Positions 9,071 to 22,867 of a stretch of DNA of 64,000 bases are shown here, one piece after another. A program made the position numbers and the translations under genes. Below the pieces are notes generated by a model. The model saw only the letters and a program-made list of their open reading frames with translations, did no database searches and was not told where the DNA came from. Source of the stretch: Candidatus Omnitrophota bacterium (GTDB lineage: Bacteria > Omnitrophota > Gorgyraeia > Zapsychrales > JAHFFX01); NCBI GenBank assembly GCA_023247725.1, contig JAHFFW010000011.1:5089-69088 (forward strand), given 5' to 3'. The stretch's first letter is position 1. Every line of letters starts with the position of its first letter.

Positions 9071-12000
9071 ATGACCAAAAAGACGTTTAGAGACTTCAGC
9101 AAATTTCCCGACAATTTCGAATTGCCGCAGCTGTTGGATATCCAGGTCGAATCCTATGTGAATTTTCTTCAGCGCAAGGTCCCTCCGGAGAAACGCGCGG
9201 ATGTCGGACTCGAAGAGGTTTTTCGGGAAGTCTTTCCTTTGGAAAGCTACGATGGCCAGATCCGTATGGAATACATCAGTTTCAATCTTGGCAAGGAGAA
9301 ATATTCCTGCTATGAATGCCAGCGCCGGGGAATGACTTATTCCGCCCCCTTGAAGGTCAAGCTGCGTTTGATCACGCCGGTCGATATCAAAGAGCAGGAA
9401 GTGTATTTTGGGGATTTTCCGCTCATGACCGAAACCGGCACCTTCATCATCAACGGCGATGAACGGGTCGTGGTCTCGCAAATCCAGCGTCCTCCGGGCG
9501 TGTCTTTCGAAGAAGAGCTTCATCCGACGGGAAAAAGCATTTACCACGGGCGGATCATCCCTTCGCGCGGGGCGTGGTTTGAAATCAAATATGATTTGAA
9601 CGACATCCTGCTCGCTTATATTGACCGCCGCCGCAATTTTCCCGCCACCCAAATCCTGCGTATCATGGGTCTTTCCAATCATGAAGACATGCAGAAGATG
9701 CTTGGCGATGACTTTGCCAAATTAAAGCCAACTCTCGATAAAGACCACACGAATAACAAAGAAGAAGCCTTGCTCGATTTTTATCGCAAGATGCGGCCGA
9801 CCGAACCCGCAACCGTCGAGGTGGCCGATAATCTCTTTTTCCGTTTATTTTTTGATCCCAAGCGTTACGATTTGAGCAAAGTGGGCCGGCACATCATCAA
9901 TCGGAAGCTGAATACGGATGTTTCGATGGATAACCGCGTGCTTGATATCAAGACCGTTATTGCGGTTATCCGTTACCTCGTGGGTTTGCGGGAGGGCCGC
10001 GGAGAAACCGATGATATTGATCACTTAGGGAACCGCCGCATCAAGACCGTCGGAGAATTGGTTCAAAATCAGGTGCGCATTGGCCTGGCGAGATTGGAAC
10101 GCTCGATCAAGGAACGTTTGGTCGTCATGAGTTCATTCGAAAATCTCACCGCTCATCACCTCATCAATTCTCGTCTTTTTAGTAATCAGATTCAAGATTT
10201 CTTCGCTCGCAGCCAATTATCGCAATTCATGGATCAAGTCAATCCTTTGGCAGAGATGACTCACAAACGCCGGTTGAGTGCGTTAGGTCCCGGTGGGCTG
10301 TCCAGAGAAAGGGCCGGCTTTGAAGTCCGCGACGTTCATCCGACCCATTATGGCCGGGTTTGTCCGATTGAAACACCGGAGGGTCCGAACATTGGCCTGA
10401 TTGCGTCATTGACGACCTGTGCGCGGGTCAATGAATTAGGGTTTATCGAAACGCCCTATCGAAAGGTCGTCGATGGCAAGGTCTCCCGGAAAACCGAATA
10501 CCTGACCGCGGATGTTGATCAGGATAAGTACATTGCCCAGGCGAACGCCACTCTCGATAAGGAAGGATATTTCCAGGAAAAAGAAATTGCCTGCCGTTTT
10601 CGGACGGACTTCCCGAAGATGAAGCCGGATAAAGTTGAGTATATGGATGTTTCGCCCAAACAGCTGGTTTCGGTCGCGGCGTCCTTGATTCCATTCCTCG
10701 AGCACGACGATGCCAATCGCGCCCTCATGGGATCCAACATGCAGCGCCAGGCCGTGCCCTTAATGGTGACGGAGGTTCCCTTTGTTGGAACCGGTATGGA
10801 GGGCAAGGTGGCCAAGGATTCCGGAGTGGTGGTTGTGGCCACCGAATCCGGCCGCGTGAATAAAGTCGACGCCCGCGAGATTATGATTGGCAAAAAGGTT
10901 TATCCGTTAAAGAATTTTTTGAGATCGAATGCCAATACCTGTGTCAATCAGAAACCGCTGGTGAATGGCGGCGATTACGTGGAAGCCGGGCAGATCATTG
11001 CCGACGGGATTGGGACCAAGGATGGCCGGTTATCCCTGGGACGAAATGTGCTGGTCGCGTTTATGCCCTGGCGCGGATATAACTTTGAAGATGCTATTCT
11101 CATTAGCGAGAGGATTGTCCGCGAAGATAAATTCACTTCGATTCATATCGAGAAGTTTGAAGTCGAGGCCCGCGAAACCCGTCTGGGGAACGAAGAAATC
11201 ACCCGCGATATTCCCAATGTCAGTGAAGATGCCTTAAAGGATCTGACCGAGGATGGGATTGTCAGAATCGGGGCGGAGGTCAAATCCGGTGATATCCTCG
11301 TCGGCAAAGTAACGCCCAAGAGCGAAAAAGAACTTTCACCGGAAGAGCGGCTCCTGCGCGCCATCTTCGGCGAAAAAGCGGCGGACATCCGCGATACTTC
11401 GCTGACTCTGCCTCCCGGAATCGAAGGCGTGGTCGTCAATGTCGAGGTCTTTCAGCGCATTGAGCGGGGCCGCAAGTCGAAGGAAGATAAAACCAAAGAA
11501 TTGCAAACGATCCATAAGATCAAAGAATATTACAAGCAGGAGATCGAGTTCATTGAAACCGAGAAGGAACGAAAACTTTCCAAGCTCCTCGGTGTCGATC
11601 GAAAAAAATTCGCGAAGATGGGACCCGATGAGTATTCCGGCAATGAAACCGTTCGCGAGACTCTGGAATTCTTTAATGACAAAATCAAAGAACTCGTCGA
11701 AGAAGAAGAGCAGGAGATTGACCGGCTCAAGCGCGGGGATGAATTGCCCGCGGGCGTTCTAAAGCGTGTGGTCGTTTACGTTGCCACGAAACGAAAGCTA
11801 TCCGAAGGCGACAAAATGGCCGGTCGACATGGAAATAAGGGCGTGGTCGCGCGCATCCTGCCGGAAGAGGACATGCCCTTTTTGGCGGATGGCACTTCCG
11901 TCGAGGTGGTTTTGAATCCCCTGGGTGTTCCTTCCCGTATGAATGTTGGTCAACTCCTGGAAACTCATTTGGGTTGGGCGGTGAAGACCCTGGGCTTTTA

Positions 12001-12574
12001 CGCCGAGACCCCGGTCTTTAACGGCGCCACCGAAGCCGAGATCCGCGATTTGTTGAAGGAGGCGCAATTACCAGAAGAGGGCAAGGCGGTCGTCTACGAC
12101 GGACACACCGGAATTCCCTTTGATCAAAAAGTGACGGTGGGATATATCTACATGTTGAAGTTGATCCATTTGGTCGACGAAAAAATTCATGCCCGTTCGA
12201 TTGGACCTTATTCTTTAGTGACCCAGCAGCCTCTGGGTGGTAAAGCTCATTTCGGCGGACAGCGATTTGGCGAAATGGAGGTCTGGGCCCTGGAGGCATA
12301 CGGGGCTGCCTATACGCTGCAGGAAATGCTAACGGTTAAAAGCGATGACGTGACTGGGCGCAGCCGGATTTACGAAGCCATTGTCAAAGGCGAACAAAAA
12401 CTTTCGCCCGGAACTCCCGAGTCATTCAATGTTTTGGTCAAGGAGTTGCAAGGGCTTTGTCTGGATATCAAACTGGAAAAAGGTGACAAAGGCGCCGGTC
12501 ATTCGGAAAAAGGCCCGGTTGAAGGCGGAGAGTTGAAAATTTTTGAAGATGCCAAAAAGGAAAAGAAATCTTAA
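9071..12574 (+). CDS. rpoB: DNA-directed RNA polymerase subunit beta
   Basis: 1167 aa with conserved beta-subunit blocks (e.g. ...[14 protein letters not shown]..., ...[15 protein letters not shown]...). Confidence 0.97.
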   Translation: MTKKTFRDFSKFPDNFELPQLLDIQVESYVNFLQRKVPPEKRADVGLEEVFREVFPLESYDGQIRMEYISFNLGKEKYSCYECQRRGMTYSAPLKVKLRLITPVDIKEQEVYFGDFPLMTETGTFIINGDERVVVSQIQRPPGVSFEEELHPTGKSIYHGRIIPSRGAWFEIKYDLNDILLAYIDRRRNFPATQILRIMGLSNHEDMQKMLGDDFAKLKPTLDKDHTNNKEEALLDFYRKMRPTEPATVEVADNLFFRLFFDPKRYDLSKVGRHIINRKLNTDVSMDNRVLDIKTVIAVIRYLVGLREGRGETDDIDHLGNRRIKTVGELVQNQVRIGLARLERSIKERLVVMSSFENLTAHHLINSRLFSNQIQDFFARSQLSQFMDQVNPLAEMTHKRRLSALGPGGLSRERAGFEVRDVHPTHYGRVCPIETPEGPNIGLIASLTTCARVNELGFIETPYRKVVDGKVSRKTEYLTADVDQDKYIAQANATLDKEGYFQEKEIACRFRTDFPKMKPDKVEYMDVSPKQLVSVAASLIPFLEHDDANRALMGSNMQRQAVPLMVTEVPFVGTGMEGKVAKDSGVVVVATESGRVNKVDAREIMIGKKVYPLKNFLRSNANTCVNQKPLVNGGDYVEAGQIIADGIGTKDGRLSLGRNVLVAFMPWRGYNFEDAILISERIVREDKFTSIHIEKFEVEARETRLGNEEITRDIPNVSEDALKDLTEDGIVRIGAEVKSGDILVGKVTPKSEKELSPEERLLRAIFGEKAADIRDTSLTLPPGIEGVVVNVEVFQRIERGRKSKEDKTKELQTIHKIKEYYKQEIEFIETEKERKLSKLLGVDRKKFAKMGPDEYSGNETVRETLEFFNDKIKELVEEEEQEIDRLKRGDELPAGVLKRVVVYVATKRKLSEGDKMAGRHGNKGVVARILPEEDMPFLADGTSVEVVLNPLGVPSRMNVGQLLETHLGWAVKTLGFYAETPVFNGATEAEIRDLLKEAQLPEEGKAVVYDGHTGIPFDQKVTVGYIYMLKLIHLVDEKIHARSIGPYSLVTQQPLGGKAHFGGQRFGEMEVWALEAYGAAYTLQEMLTVKSDDVTGRSRIYEAIVKGEQKLSPGTPESFNVLVKELQGLCLDIKLEKGDKGAGHSEKGPVEGGELKIFEDAKKEKKS

Positions 12575-12580
12575 AAGCCT

Positions 12581-15500
12581 ATGAATGAAATTCCTAAAGG
12601 ACAAGACAGAATCACGATCAAGATTGCTTCCCCGCAGGTCATCCGTTCCTGGTCGCACGGCGTGGTGAAAAAAGCCGAAACCCTCAACTACCGCACCTTA
12701 AAACCGGAAAAGGACGGTCTGTTTTGCGAAAAGATTTTCGGACCGGTCCGGGATTGGGAATGCAATTGCGGGAAATATAAGGGAATTAAGTTTAAAGGGA
12801 TCACGTGTGATCGCTGCGGGGTTTTGGTCACTCGCTCGTCGGTGCGAAGAGAGCGGATGGGGCATATTGAACTGGCCTGTCCCGTGACTCATATCTGGTT
12901 CTATAAAGCGGTTCCCAGCCGTTTGTCGGCGCTGCTGCAGGTGACTCTGCGGGATTTGGAAAAATTGATTTATTACGAAGAGTATGTCGTCATCGATCCC
13001 GGTGAGACCCCTTTCAAAAAGAAGGAATTTCTTTCCGAAGACAAATATCAGGAAGCGATGATCAAATATGGGGGCGCTTTCAAGGCCAAGATCGGCGCCG
13101 ATGCGGTACGCGAATTTTTAAAAGAAATTGAACTGCCGTCCTTGTGCAAGCGGCTGCGCAAGGACTTGGAAAAAGCCAACCCCGCCGGCACCAACGCGAA
13201 AAAAATTGCCAAGACGCTCAAGATCGCCGAGGATTTTCGCAATTCCGGAAATTCGGCGGAGTGGATGGTCCTGGAGGTTCTGCCGGTCATTCCGCCGGAT
13301 TTAAGACCGCTCGTTCCGCTGGAAGGCGGCCGTTTTGCCACCTCGGACTTGAATGATCTTTACCGTCGGGTGATTAATCGCAACAACCGTTTGAAAAAGC
13401 TTTTGGATTTGAAAGCCCCTGAGATCATCATCCGTAACGAAAAAAGGATGCTGCAGGAAGCCGTGGATGCCTTGCTGGATAACGGCCGGCACGGCCGCCC
13501 GGTCTTGGGGTCGGGAAATCGCCCACTCAAATCCTTGTCCGACATGCTCAAGGGTAAACAGGGGCGCTTCCGTATGAATCTTTTGGGAAAACGCGTGGAT
13601 TATTCCGGACGGTCGGTCATTGTCGTCGGGCCGGATTTGAAATTGCATCAATGCGGTCTGCCCAAAAAGATGGCCCTGGAACTTTTCGAACCCTTCATCA
13701 TCCGAAAACTCCGGGAAAAAGGATTCGTCCACACGATCAAGGGCGCCAAACGAATGGTGGAGCGCGCCAAGATCGAGGTTTGGGATATCCTGGACGAAGT
13801 GATTCAGGATCATCCCATCATGCTCAACCGCGCCCCGACGCTGCACCGGTTAAGTATTCAGGCCTTCCAGCCGGTTCTCATCGAAGGCAAGGCCATCAAA
13901 CTCCATCCATTGGTTTGCGCGGCCTTTAACGCTGACTTCGACGGTGATCAGATGGCCGTTCATGTGCCTTTGTCCTTGGAAGCCCAAATCGAATGTCGTC
14001 TGCAGTTATTGTCGATCAATAACATTTTCTCGCCGGCGGATGGCCGTCCGCTCATCGCGCCGACCCAGGATATTGTTCTGGGTCTTTATTATTTGACCAA
14101 AGATCGGCCCGATGGAAAGGGTCAGGGCATGCTCTTTGGCAGTCGCAAGGAGGTCTTGATTGCGTTTTACGATGGATTATTGGAACTTCATAGCCGGATC
14201 AAATTGAAGCAGAGTCAAGGTGTCTGGGGAGAAGAAAAGCCTTCGCTCGTCATTTCCAAACAGGCCATTTCTTCGGCGGAATCAAAGGCCGAATCCGGAC
14301 CGGTCATCGAAACCACGGTGGGCCGGGTCATGCTCAATGAAATCCTTCCCCCCAATTTCGGTTATGTGAATGAAACGATGGACAAGAAGAAGGTCGGCGC
14401 TGTCATTTCAGATTGTTACAAACGATTTGGCCAGCACCAAACCGTTCTGCTTTTGGATGCCTTAAAGGAATTGGGTTTTAATTCGGCGACACTCGCCGGG
14501 ATCTCCATTTCCATCGCCGATTTGACGATCCCGCAAGAAAAAGAAGGCGCGATTAAGGTGGCCAAGCAAGAAGTGGCCAAGGTGGAAGACCAATACCGCA
14601 AAGGGATCATCACTGGCCGCGAGCGCTATAACAAAATCATCGACGTGTGGACTCATACGACGGAAGCCCTGTCCGATATGGTGTTCAAACAGATGGACAG
14701 TTTTAATCCGGTTTTTATCATGGCCGATTCGGGCGCACGTGGTTCGCGTCTGCAGATTCGCCAGCTTTCGGGGATGCGGGGCCTCATGGCCAAACCTTCC
14801 GGTGAAATCATTGAGAGTCCCATCACGGCGAGTTTTCGCGAAGGCTTGACCGTTTTGGAGTACTTTATCTCCACCCACGGCGCGCGTAAGGGTCTGGCGG
14901 ACACCGCGCTCAAAACCGCGGATGCCGGTTACCTGACCCGGCGTCTGGTCGACGTCGCTCAGGAAATCGTCATCAATGAACCCGATTGCGGGACCCTCAA
15001 TGGCATTACGGTCTCCGCGATTGTCGAAGGAGATGAGGTCGTCGTCAGTTTAAAGGAGCGGATCGTTGGGCGGGTTGCGCTAGACAGCATTGTGGATGTC
15101 GTCACCGATCAACAGGTCGTCGAGGCAGGAGAGCAAATTACGGAAGAAAAAGCGGACGTCATTGAGCAGTTAGGGATTGAGAAAGTCCGGATTCGCAGCG
15201 TTTTGACCTGCGAATCCAACCGGGGAGTCTGCATCCGCTGTTATGGCCGTAATCTCGCCACCCAGCGAATGGTCGAGATCGGCGAAGCGGTAGGGACGAT
15301 CGCCGCCCAGTCTATTGGCGAACCCGGAACTCAACTGACCATGCGGACATTTCATATCGGGGGTACGGCCAGCCGTACCATCGAGCAATCCTATTTGCGC
15401 GCCAAAAATAAAGGGACGCTCAAGTATCACCAGCTGCGCGTGGTGGAAAAAGACAAGCAGTTTATTGTCCTCAACCGCAATGGCTCGATCAGCATCAACA

Positions 15501-16648
15501 ATGAGTTCGGCCGGGAATTCGAACGTTACCAGCTTCCGCAGGGCGCCACGATCAAGACTGCCGACGCAGGCAATGTGGACAAAGACGAAATCTTTGTGAC
15601 CTGGGATCCTTACACGATTCCCATCATCACCGAAGTTAAGGGAACCGTCAATTTTGAAGACCTCAAAGAGGACGTCACCGTCCGGGAAGAACAAAATCCC
15701 GTGACGGGAATCACCGAACGCGTTGTGGTCGAGCATAAACAGGAATTTCACCCGCAAATCATCATCACCGATGATAAACAGGAAGTGGTGGGAATTTATT
15801 CCATTCCCGTCGGGGCTCACATCCTCGTGCGCGACCGGCAAATGGTGAGCGCGGGAGAGCTCGTTGCCAAGATCCCTCGCGGCGCCGGCAAGACCCGCGA
15901 CATCACCGGTGGTCTTCCGCGCGTGGCCGAATTATTTGAAGCCCGCCGGCCCAAGGATCCGGCGGTTATTAGTGAAATCGATGGTTTTGTTGAATTCGGC
16001 GAAGACCGCAAGGGTTTGCGGACGATCGTTGTCAAGAATACGGCGACGGAGATGACCAAGGAATATACGATTCCACATGGCAAACACCCCAATGTTTATA
16101 AAGGGGATCGCGTCTTTGCCGGACAACAGTTGACCGAAGGTCCCGTCGTGCCTCAGGACATTCTGCGGGTTTGCGGGGATAAGGTTTTGCAAGAGTATCT
16201 TCTCAATGAAATCCAGGAAGTCTACCGTTTGCAGGGTGTGCGGATCAATGACAAGCACATCGAGCTCATCATTTCCCAGATGCTCAAGAAGGTCAAAATC
16301 GATGAATCCGGCGATACGGAATTCTTGATTGGAGAACAGATTGATAAGGTGGCCTTTCGTAAGGCAAACCAGGAAGTGCTCAAGAAAAAGGGAAAACCGG
16401 CCAAGGCGACTCCCCAATTATTGGGAATCACCAAGGTTTCTCTAACGACCGAAAGTTTTATCTCTGCGGCGAGCTTTCAAGAAACGACAAGAGTCTTGAC
16501 AGAAGCAGCGGCCTCGGGTAAAATCGACTTTTTACGCGGACTCAAAGAAAACGTTATTGTGGGGCATTTGATCCCCGCCGGGACGGGTTTGCAAAATATG
16601 GAAAAAATCGACTTGGTAAAATATGCCGACAATCCAACAACTCATTAG
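12581..16648 (+). CDS. rpoC: DNA-directed RNA polymerase subunit beta'
   Basis: 1355 aa with the N-terminal Zn-finger (CNCGKYK...CDRCGV) and the NADFDGD catalytic motif. Confidence 0.97.
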   Translation: MNEIPKGQDRITIKIASPQVIRSWSHGVVKKAETLNYRTLKPEKDGLFCEKIFGPVRDWECNCGKYKGIKFKGITCDRCGVLVTRSSVRRERMGHIELACPVTHIWFYKAVPSRLSALLQVTLRDLEKLIYYEEYVVIDPGETPFKKKEFLSEDKYQEAMIKYGGAFKAKIGADAVREFLKEIELPSLCKRLRKDLEKANPAGTNAKKIAKTLKIAEDFRNSGNSAEWMVLEVLPVIPPDLRPLVPLEGGRFATSDLNDLYRRVINRNNRLKKLLDLKAPEIIIRNEKRMLQEAVDALLDNGRHGRPVLGSGNRPLKSLSDMLKGKQGRFRMNLLGKRVDYSGRSVIVVGPDLKLHQCGLPKKMALELFEPFIIRKLREKGFVHTIKGAKRMVERAKIEVWDILDEVIQDHPIMLNRAPTLHRLSIQAFQPVLIEGKAIKLHPLVCAAFNADFDGDQMAVHVPLSLEAQIECRLQLLSINNIFSPADGRPLIAPTQDIVLGLYYLTKDRPDGKGQGMLFGSRKEVLIAFYDGLLELHSRIKLKQSQGVWGEEKPSLVISKQAISSAESKAESGPVIETTVGRVMLNEILPPNFGYVNETMDKKKVGAVISDCYKRFGQHQTVLLLDALKELGFNSATLAGISISIADLTIPQEKEGAIKVAKQEVAKVEDQYRKGIITGRERYNKIIDVWTHTTEALSDMVFKQMDSFNPVFIMADSGARGSRLQIRQLSGMRGLMAKPSGEIIESPITASFREGLTVLEYFISTHGARKGLADTALKTADAGYLTRRLVDVAQEIVINEPDCGTLNGITVSAIVEGDEVVVSLKERIVGRVALDSIVDVVTDQQVVEAGEQITEEKADVIEQLGIEKVRIRSVLTCESNRGVCIRCYGRNLATQRMVEIGEAVGTIAAQSIGEPGTQLTMRTFHIGGTASRTIEQSYLRAKNKGTLKYHQLRVVEKDKQFIVLNRNGSISINNEFGREFERYQLPQGATIKTADAGNVDKDEIFVTWDPYTIPIITEVKGTVNFEDLKEDVTVREEQNPVTGITERVVVEHKQEFHPQIIITDDKQEVVGIYSIPVGAHILVRDRQMVSAGELVAKIPRGAGKTRDITGGLPRVAELFEARRPKDPAVISEIDGFVEFGEDRKGLRTIVVKNTATEMTKEYTIPHGKHPNVYKGDRVFAGQQLTEGPVVPQDILRVCGDKVLQEYLLNEIQEVYRLQGVRINDKHIELIISQMLKKVKIDESGDTEFLIGEQIDKVAFRKANQEVLKKKGKPAKATPQLLGITKVSLTTESFISAASFQETTRVLTEAAASGKIDFLRGLKENVIVGHLIPAGTGLQNMEKIDLVKYADNPTTH

Positions 16649-16994
16649 AATCCAAAGAAATCTCAAGAAGAAGAAAAGTAAATCGCCGGCCTTGACCAAT
16701 TGTCCTCAGCGCCGCGGCGTTTGTCTGCAGGTCAGGACCATGACGCCGAAAAAACCAAACTCGGCCTTGCGTAAAATCGCGCGCGTCCGTTTGTCAAACG
16801 GCGTCGAGGTTACCTCTTACATCCCCGGAGAAGGACACAATTTGCAGGAACACTCGATTGTGCTGGTGCGCGGTGGCAGGGTCAAGGATCTTCCGGGTGT
16901 ACGTTATCATATTGTGCGTGGCACCCTGGACACCGCTGGCGTGGCCAAGCGGAAAAAATCCCGATCCAAATACGGAGCCAAGAGAGAAGAGTAA
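16623..16994 (+). CDS. rpsL: 30S ribosomal protein S12
   Basis: MPTIQQLIR...[10 protein letters not shown]..., the S12 signature. It overlaps the rpoC 3' end by 26 nt. Confidence 0.95.
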   Translation: MPTIQQLIRIQRNLKKKKSKSPALTNCPQRRGVCLQVRTMTPKKPNSALRKIARVRLSNGVEVTSYIPGEGHNLQEHSIVLVRGGRVKDLPGVRYHIVRGTLDTAGVAKRKKSRSKYGAKREE

Positions 16995-17464
16995 TGCGTC
17001 GACGAACTGCCGATAAAAGAATCGTCCGTCTGGACCCTAAATACAGTAGCCCCATGGTCACCCGTTTTGTCAACATCGTCATGACGCACGGTCAGAAGGC
17101 GGTCGCGGAAAGAATCGTTTATGGGGCTTTGGATATCCTCGTGCAAAAAACTTCGGAAGACAGCCCGATCAAGGTTTTGAATAAAGTGATGGATAATGTC
17201 CGGCCCCGGCTTGAGGTCAAACCCCGTCGGGTCGGCGGTGCAACCTATCAGGTCCCCGTCGAGGTCAGCGTTCCGCGGGGGAATTCCTTAGCCATGCGTT
17301 GGCTGAGGGATTTCGCCCGGACCAAAAAAGGAAAACCCATGAAGGTCAAGTTGGCGGATGAACTGATGATGGCTTACAAGGGAGAAGGTTCAGCGATTAA
17401 GAAACGGGATGAAACGCACAAAATGGCGGAAGCCAATAAGGCCTTCAGCCACTTAAGATGGTAA
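16994..17464 (+). CDS. rpsG: 30S ribosomal protein S7
   Basis: S7 family motifs, 156 aa. Confidence 0.95.
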   Translation: MRRRTADKRIVRLDPKYSSPMVTRFVNIVMTHGQKAVAERIVYGALDILVQKTSEDSPIKVLNKVMDNVRPRLEVKPRRVGGATYQVPVEVSVPRGNSLAMRWLRDFARTKKGKPMKVKLADELMMAYKGEGSAIKKRDETHKMAEANKAFSHLRW

Positions 17465-17471
17465 CAGGACA

Positions 17472-19574
17472 ATGGCCAAAGCCGCACCCTTAGAAAAATA
17501 TCGCAATATCGGGATCATCGCGCATATCGACGCGGGTAAAACCACCACGACCGAGCGGATTCTTTTTTACACCGGCGTCATCCATAAAATGGGAACCGTC
17601 GACGAAGGCAACACCACAACCGACTGGATGCCCCAGGAGAAAGAACGCGGGATCACGATCACCGCCGCCAATACGACGTGCTTCTGGAAAGATTGTAAGA
17701 TCAATATCATCGATACCCCCGGCCACGTGGATTTCACCGTTGAGGTCGAACGTTCGTTAAAGGTGCTCGACGGAGCTGTCGTCGTTTTATGCGGTTGTAG
17801 CGGGGTTCAGCCCCAAACGGAGACCGTCTGGAGACAGGCGGACCGTTACCATGTCCCGCGCATCGCTTTCATCAATAAAATGGACCGCATGGGCGCCAAC
17901 TTTGATCGGGTGATCGGCGAAATGCATGAACGTCTGGGTGCCAATGCGGTTGCCATTCAAATGCCCGTCGGAGCTGAGGACAGTTTTCGCGCGATCATTG
18001 ATGTCATTAACGAAAAACAAATCACTTATAGTGACGCCGAAGGCGTGGATTTGGTCCGTTCGCAGGTCCCCGAGGAATTTAAAGAGCAGGCCAAAACGTA
18101 TCGGCATCAGTTGATTGAGCGTCTGGCCGAAGTCGACGACCAGATGATGGAGATTTTTTTAGGCGAGAGAGAACCAGCCATTCCCGAGATTATGGCGGCC
18201 ATCCGACGAGCAGTTCTCGCCAATAAATTTGTTCCGGTTCTTTGCGGTTCGTCGTTAAGGAATAAGGGCGTCCAGATGGTATTGGATGCCGTCACGGATT
18301 TTCTGCCTTCCCCTCTCGATGTCCCTCCCATTAAAGGGATTAATCCCCAAAATAAGAATAACGAACCAGCCGAACGGCCCGCCTCCGCGGAGGCTCCTTT
18401 TAGTGCGCTTGTTTTCAAAATCATGTCTGATCCTTATGTGGGAAAATTATTTTTTACCCGTATTTATTCCGGAAAACTCAATTCCGGCACCCAGGCTTAC
18501 AATTCCACCAAAAAGCTCAAAGAAAAAATTTCCAAAGTCGTCGTCATGCATGCGAATAAGCAGGAGATTGTGGATTCGGCATCCGCCGGCGAGATCGTCG
18601 CGTTGGTCGGTTTGAAGGAAAGTAAGACCGGCGACACCCTCTGCGATGAGGCGAATCCGATTGTGATTGAAAGCATGCGGCTTCCTGAACCGGTTGTGTC
18701 CATGGCCATTGAACCAAAATCCAAGGCGGATCAAGACAAGATGGGTCTCATTTTAAAGAAATTTTTGGACGAAGACCCGTCGCTCAAGGTCAAATACGAC
18801 CACGAAACCGCCGAAACGATCATATCGGGCATGGGCGAATTGCACCTGGAAATCATCATTGACCGGATGAAGCGCGAGAATAACCTGGAAACCAATATCG
18901 GTCGTCCTCAGGTCGCTTATAAGGAAACTATTTGCAACCGGGTCTCCGGAGTGGTCGGGAAATTTATTTCGCAGACCGGCGGCCGCGGTCAGTATGGCCA
19001 CGTGGTTATTGACGTTGAACCGGCCGAAGAAAAGGGGAAAGGGGTTGTCTTTGTGAATAAAATCAAAGGCGGCTCCATTCCGCGGGAATTTATTAAACCC
19101 TGTGAAGAAGGGGTGATTACGGCAAGCCAGAATGGAATCCTCGCTGGATATCCGGTCACGGATTTGACGGTCACGTTGATTGACGGGTCCTATCACGAGG
19201 TTGATTCAAGCGAGCTGGCTTTCAAACTGGCGGCCAAATATGCCTTGCATGATGCCCTGCGCATGGGCAAATCCAAATTTATGGAACCCATCATGGACAT
19301 CGAGATTGTCACCCCGGATGATTACTGGGGTCAGGTCATTGGGGACTTAAACACCCGTCGGGCCAAAATGATTTCGACCGGGCAGCGCGGCAAGCTCAAG
19401 ACCGCCCGGTTGGAGGTTCCTTTGGCTGAGATGTTCAATTATGTAAACGCCCTGCGATCGCTTTCGCAAGGGCGCGCCACATTTTCCATGGAGCCGGCGT
19501 TCTATGCCGATGTCCCGAATCATATTGCGGAAAAAATTATTGGCATGAAGACGGAAACGGCGCAAAAAAAATAA
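17472..19574 (+). CDS. fusA: Elongation factor G
   Basis: 700 aa with GTPase motifs ([21 protein letters not shown]) and EF-G domains II-V. Confidence 0.96.
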   Translation: MAKAAPLEKYRNIGIIAHIDAGKTTTTERILFYTGVIHKMGTVDEGNTTTDWMPQEKERGITITAANTTCFWKDCKINIIDTPGHVDFTVEVERSLKVLDGAVVVLCGCSGVQPQTETVWRQADRYHVPRIAFINKMDRMGANFDRVIGEMHERLGANAVAIQMPVGAEDSFRAIIDVINEKQITYSDAEGVDLVRSQVPEEFKEQAKTYRHQLIERLAEVDDQMMEIFLGEREPAIPEIMAAIRRAVLANKFVPVLCGSSLRNKGVQMVLDAVTDFLPSPLDVPPIKGINPQNKNNEPAERPASAEAPFSALVFKIMSDPYVGKLFFTRIYSGKLNSGTQAYNSTKKLKEKISKVVVMHANKQEIVDSASAGEIVALVGLKESKTGDTLCDEANPIVIESMRLPEPVVSMAIEPKSKADQDKMGLILKKFLDEDPSLKVKYDHETAETIISGMGELHLEIIIDRMKRENNLETNIGRPQVAYKETICNRVSGVVGKFISQTGGRGQYGHVVIDVEPAEEKGKGVVFVNKIKGGSIPREFIKPCEEGVITASQNGILAGYPVTDLTVTLIDGSYHEVDSSELAFKLAAKYALHDALRMGKSKFMEPIMDIEIVTPDDYWGQVIGDLNTRRAKMISTGQRGKLKTARLEVPLAEMFNYVNALRSLSQGRATFSMEPAFYADVPNHIAEKIIGMKTETAQKK

Positions 19575-19628
19575 ATCAACGCTACCAGGAATTTAAAGGA
19601 GAGTAATCCAAACACGGGAGGTAATGGC

Positions 19629-20822
19629 ATGGCTAAGGAAAAATTCGTAAGAAATAAACCGCATTTGAACATCGGTACGATCGGCCACGTCGATCACGGC
19701 AAGACGACCCTGAGCGCGGCCATTACAACGGTCCTGGCGAAACAGGGTTTGGCCCAGGCCCGATCTTACGATTCCATTGACAATGCGCCGGAAGAGAAAG
19801 AGCGCGGGGTTACGATCAATATCTCCCACTTGGAATACGAAACCCCCAGCCGCCATTACGCTCATATCGATTGCCCCGGACACGCGGACTACATCAAAAA
19901 CATGATCACCGGCGCAGCCCAGATGGACGGCGCCATTTTGGTTGTCTCCGCCACCGACGGCCCGATGCCGCAGACGCGTGAGCACATCCTCCTCGCCCGT
20001 CAGGTCAACGTTCCGGAAATCGTGGTCTTTATGAATAAATGCGATCAGGTCGAAGATAAGGAACTTTTGGATCTGGTCGAATTGGAAATTCGCGATCTTT
20101 TGACGAAGTACAAATTCCAGGGCGACAAGACCCCTATTATTAGGGGAAGCGCCCTCGATGCCTTGAATAATCCGACCGATCCGGGCAAAACCAAACCGAT
20201 CCTGGATTTGATGAAGGCGGTCGATGAATTTATTCCTACTCCCAAAAGAGATTTGGAAAAACCGTTCTCGATGGCGGTGGAAGACGTCTTTTCCATCTCG
20301 GGTCGTGGTACGGTTGCGACCGGCCGGATCGAGCGCGGCATTTGCAAGGTGGGGGAAGAGGTTGATGTGGTTGGCCTTCGCCCGCAGGTGCAAAAAAGCG
20401 TCATCACCGGTATTGAAATGTTCCGCAAGGAACTCGACGAAGGTCAGGCCGGAGACAATGTCGGGTTGTTGTTGCGAGGCATGGATAAAAATTCGATTGA
20501 ACGCGGCATGGTTTTGGCGAAGCCGGGTTCGATCACCCCGCACACTCATTTCAAAGCGCAGATTTATGTCTTGACGAAAGAAGAAGGCGGCCGTCATACG
20601 CCGTTCTTCAAAGGGTATCGCCCGCAGTTTTATTTCCGCACGACGGATGTGACCGGAAGCGCAGAGCTTCCCAAAGGCGTTGAGATGTGCATGCCGGGCG
20701 ATAATGTGGAATTGGAAATTGAACTCATCACTCCGGTGGCGATGGAAAAGGAACTGCGCTTCGCCATCCGCGAAGGCGGCAAGACCGTCGGCGCCGGGGT
20801 TATTTCCGAGGTCATCAAGTAA
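19629..20822 (+). CDS. tuf: Elongation factor Tu
   Basis: 397 aa with [17 protein letters not shown] and NKCD motifs. Confidence 0.97.
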   Translation: MAKEKFVRNKPHLNIGTIGHVDHGKTTLSAAITTVLAKQGLAQARSYDSIDNAPEEKERGVTINISHLEYETPSRHYAHIDCPGHADYIKNMITGAAQMDGAILVVSATDGPMPQTREHILLARQVNVPEIVVFMNKCDQVEDKELLDLVELEIRDLLTKYKFQGDKTPIIRGSALDALNNPTDPGKTKPILDLMKAVDEFIPTPKRDLEKPFSMAVEDVFSISGRGTVATGRIERGICKVGEEVDVVGLRPQVQKSVITGIEMFRKELDEGQAGDNVGLLLRGMDKNSIERGMVLAKPGSITPHTHFKAQIYVLTKEEGGRHTPFFKGYRPQFYFRTTDVTGSAELPKGVEMCMPGDNVELEIELITPVAMEKELRFAIREGGKTVGAGVISEVIK

Positions 20823-20836
20823 GGAACGTTTCGTTC

Positions 20837-21139
20837 ATGCAGAAGATCAGAATAAAACTCAAGGCCTACGATCACCGCCTCATCGATCAATCCACTCAGG
20901 AAATTGTGGATACGGCGATTCGGACCGGTGCCCGGGTCTGCGGGCCGGTGCCTTTGCCGACAAAAAAAGAATTGTACACGGTTTTGCGTTCTCCCTTCAT
21001 CGACAAGAAATCCCGGGAACAGTTCCGTTTGGCCACGCATAAGCGGTTGATTGAATTGATTGAGCCGACGGCCAAAACCGTCGAGGCCTTAAAGAAACTC
21101 AATCTCCCCGCAGGCGTGGACGTCGAAATCAAGCAATAA
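20837..21139 (+). CDS. rpsJ: 30S ribosomal protein S10
   Basis: [19 protein letters not shown]..., the S10 signature. Confidence 0.95.
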   Translation: MQKIRIKLKAYDHRLIDQSTQEIVDTAIRTGARVCGPVPLPTKKELYTVLRSPFIDKKSREQFRLATHKRLIELIEPTAKTVEALKKLNLPAGVDVEIKQ

Positions 21140-21154
21140 TTCTTTGAAGGGCAT

Positions 21155-21865
21155 ATGATCAGCGGTCTGATCGGTAAAAAGTTGGGCATGACTCAGGTCT
21201 TTGATCGGGATGGCAATTGTATTCCGGTGACCGTCATTGAGGCCGGTCCTTGTTATGTCCTTCAAACCATCGCTTCGCCTTTGAAGGTGATGCTCGGTTA
21301 TGACCCCGTCAAAGAGACGAGGCTCAATAAACCGAAAATGGGCTTTTTTAAAAAGATTGGCGTTTCTCCTTTAGGGATGATCAAGGAATTCCGTTCCACG
21401 GACAATAAAGAATACAAAGTCGGTCAGGAAATCAAGGCCGATTTTTTTAGGGCTGGGGATTTTGTTGATGTGACCGGCACCTCCATTGGCAAAGGGTTCC
21501 AAGGTGGAATGAAAAGGTGGCATTGGTCTGGCGGACCTGCGGGCCACGGCTCCATGCATCACCGGCGGGTTGGATCGATTGGCGCCAGTTCCGATCCTTC
21601 GCGCGTTGTCAAAGGCCATCATATGCCCGGTCACATGGGGCAAGCGACAACGACCGTCCAGAGCCTCCGGGTGATCCAGGTGGATACCGATCACAATCTT
21701 CTCTTAATTAAAGGTGCGGTTCCCGGGCACAAAAACGGTTATATCACCATCCTTCGTTCCCGCAAAAAGTCCTTCAAATCTCTCGACGAACAAAAGGCCA
21801 TAGTGGTGAAAAAAAAGAATCCCATGAAACAGGCCAAGGCAAAGGCCGCCGGCAAAGGAAAATAA
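21155..21865 (+). CDS. rplC: 50S ribosomal protein L3
   Basis: L3 family, 236 aa with a basic C-terminal tail. Confidence 0.93.
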   Translation: MISGLIGKKLGMTQVFDRDGNCIPVTVIEAGPCYVLQTIASPLKVMLGYDPVKETRLNKPKMGFFKKIGVSPLGMIKEFRSTDNKEYKVGQEIKADFFRAGDFVDVTGTSIGKGFQGGMKRWHWSGGPAGHGSMHHRRVGSIGASSDPSRVVKGHHMPGHMGQATTTVQSLRVIQVDTDHNLLLIKGAVPGHKNGYITILRSRKKSFKSLDEQKAIVVKKKNPMKQAKAKAAGKGK

Positions 21866-21866
21866 G

Positions 21867-22493
21867 ATGTTGGAAGTTCCGGTTTTCAATATCGAAGGTG
21901 AAAAAAAGGAAACGCTCGAACTGCCGGAGACAATCTTTGGCCCCAAGGTCAATACCAATATTATTCATCAGGCGATCGTCATGTATCGAGCTTGTTTGCG
22001 TCAAGGCACGGTCAAGACCAAAGGCCGCGCCGAGGTTTCGGGCGGTGGGAAAAAACCGTTCCGGCAAAAAGGGACGGGACGGGCCCGCGCGGGTTCGATA
22101 CGCTCGCCTCTCTGGATGGGAGGCGGGGTGGTTTTTGGGCCGACGCCTAGGGATTTTCGTTATGCCATTCCGAAACAAATCAAAGTGGCCGCATTGCGGG
22201 AAAGTCTTAACGCAAAATTTCAGGATGAGGATTTGATGTTTGTTTTGGATTTGAGTATCCAATCGAAGAAGACCAAAGATTTCGTCAAGGTGCTCAATAC
22301 CTTGAAATTGGCGGGTGCCAAGACCTTGGCCCTCTGGGATGAAAAAGATGATAACGTGCTGCGAGTTTCCCGCAATATCCCGCATTTTAGTCTGATGCGT
22401 TCCAGGGATGTCAACGCCTACGATATTTTACGGACCAAGAAGGTCCTCATCACCAAATCGGCCTTTCAAACACTTTTAAAAAGAATCAAATGA
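21867..22493 (+). CDS. rplD: 50S ribosomal protein L4
   Basis: L4 family, 208 aa. Confidence 0.93.
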   Translation: MLEVPVFNIEGEKKETLELPETIFGPKVNTNIIHQAIVMYRACLRQGTVKTKGRAEVSGGGKKPFRQKGTGRARAGSIRSPLWMGGGVVFGPTPRDFRYAIPKQIKVAALRESLNAKFQDEDLMFVLDLSIQSKKTKDFVKVLNTLKLAGAKTLALWDEKDDNVLRVSRNIPHFSLMRSRDVNAYDILRTKKVLITKSAFQTLLKRIK

Positions 22494-22768
22494 TTACGAG
22501 CTTCGATATCATCAAAACCCTCATCCGCACCGAAAAAGGCACGACCATGGAGCCCAACCGGCAGTACCTTTTTCAAGTGGCCAAACGGGCCAACAAGGTG
22601 GAAATCAAAAAGGCCGTCGAGGATATCTACAAAGTGAAGGTCCAGGATGTGCATACCATCATCATGCCGGGGAAACGCAAACGGGTCCGGCAGGAATTTG
22701 GATTTACCGACGATTGGAAAAAGGCGATTGTAACGCTCAAAGAAGGCGAAAAGATCGAGGTCACTTAA
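22490..22768 (+). CDS. rplW: 50S ribosomal protein L23
   Basis: L23 family, 92 aa. Confidence 0.92.
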   Translation: MITSFDIIKTLIRTEKGTTMEPNRQYLFQVAKRANKVEIKKAVEDIYKVKVQDVHTIIMPGKRKRVRQEFGFTDDWKKAIVTLKEGEKIEVT

Positions 22769-22772
22769 TATA

Positions 22773-22867
22773 GTGTCATGTGATAAGTGTCAGGTGTCAA
22801 GTGGTATGATGCCCTCGGTGCCCGACGGTGAAATACATCCTAACACATAACATTTGACACATAACAC
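22773..22867 (+). promoter_or_regulatory. Structured intergenic element between rplW and rplB (imperfect ~30-bp inverted repeat with GTGTCA/TGACAC direct-repeat motifs)
   Basis: 5' arm GTGTCATGTGATAAGTGTCAGGTGTCAAGTGG and 3' arm CCTAACACATAACATTTGACACATAACAC are largely complementary (including G-U pairs) around a 34-nt loop. S10-operon genes are otherwise tightly coupled. Confidence 0.3.

Noticed and set aside
9032-9682. 216-aa minus-strand ORF antisense to the rpoB 5' end (also 13301-13846, 15170-15841, 24286-25047 and similar)
   Set aside because: These are antisense to universally conserved genes and are unannotatable shadow ORFs.
19593-20597. 334-aa minus-strand ORF antisense to tuf
   Set aside because: It lies entirely within the highly conserved EF-Tu CDS and has no motifs. 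It is a shadow ORF typical of GC-rich codon usage.
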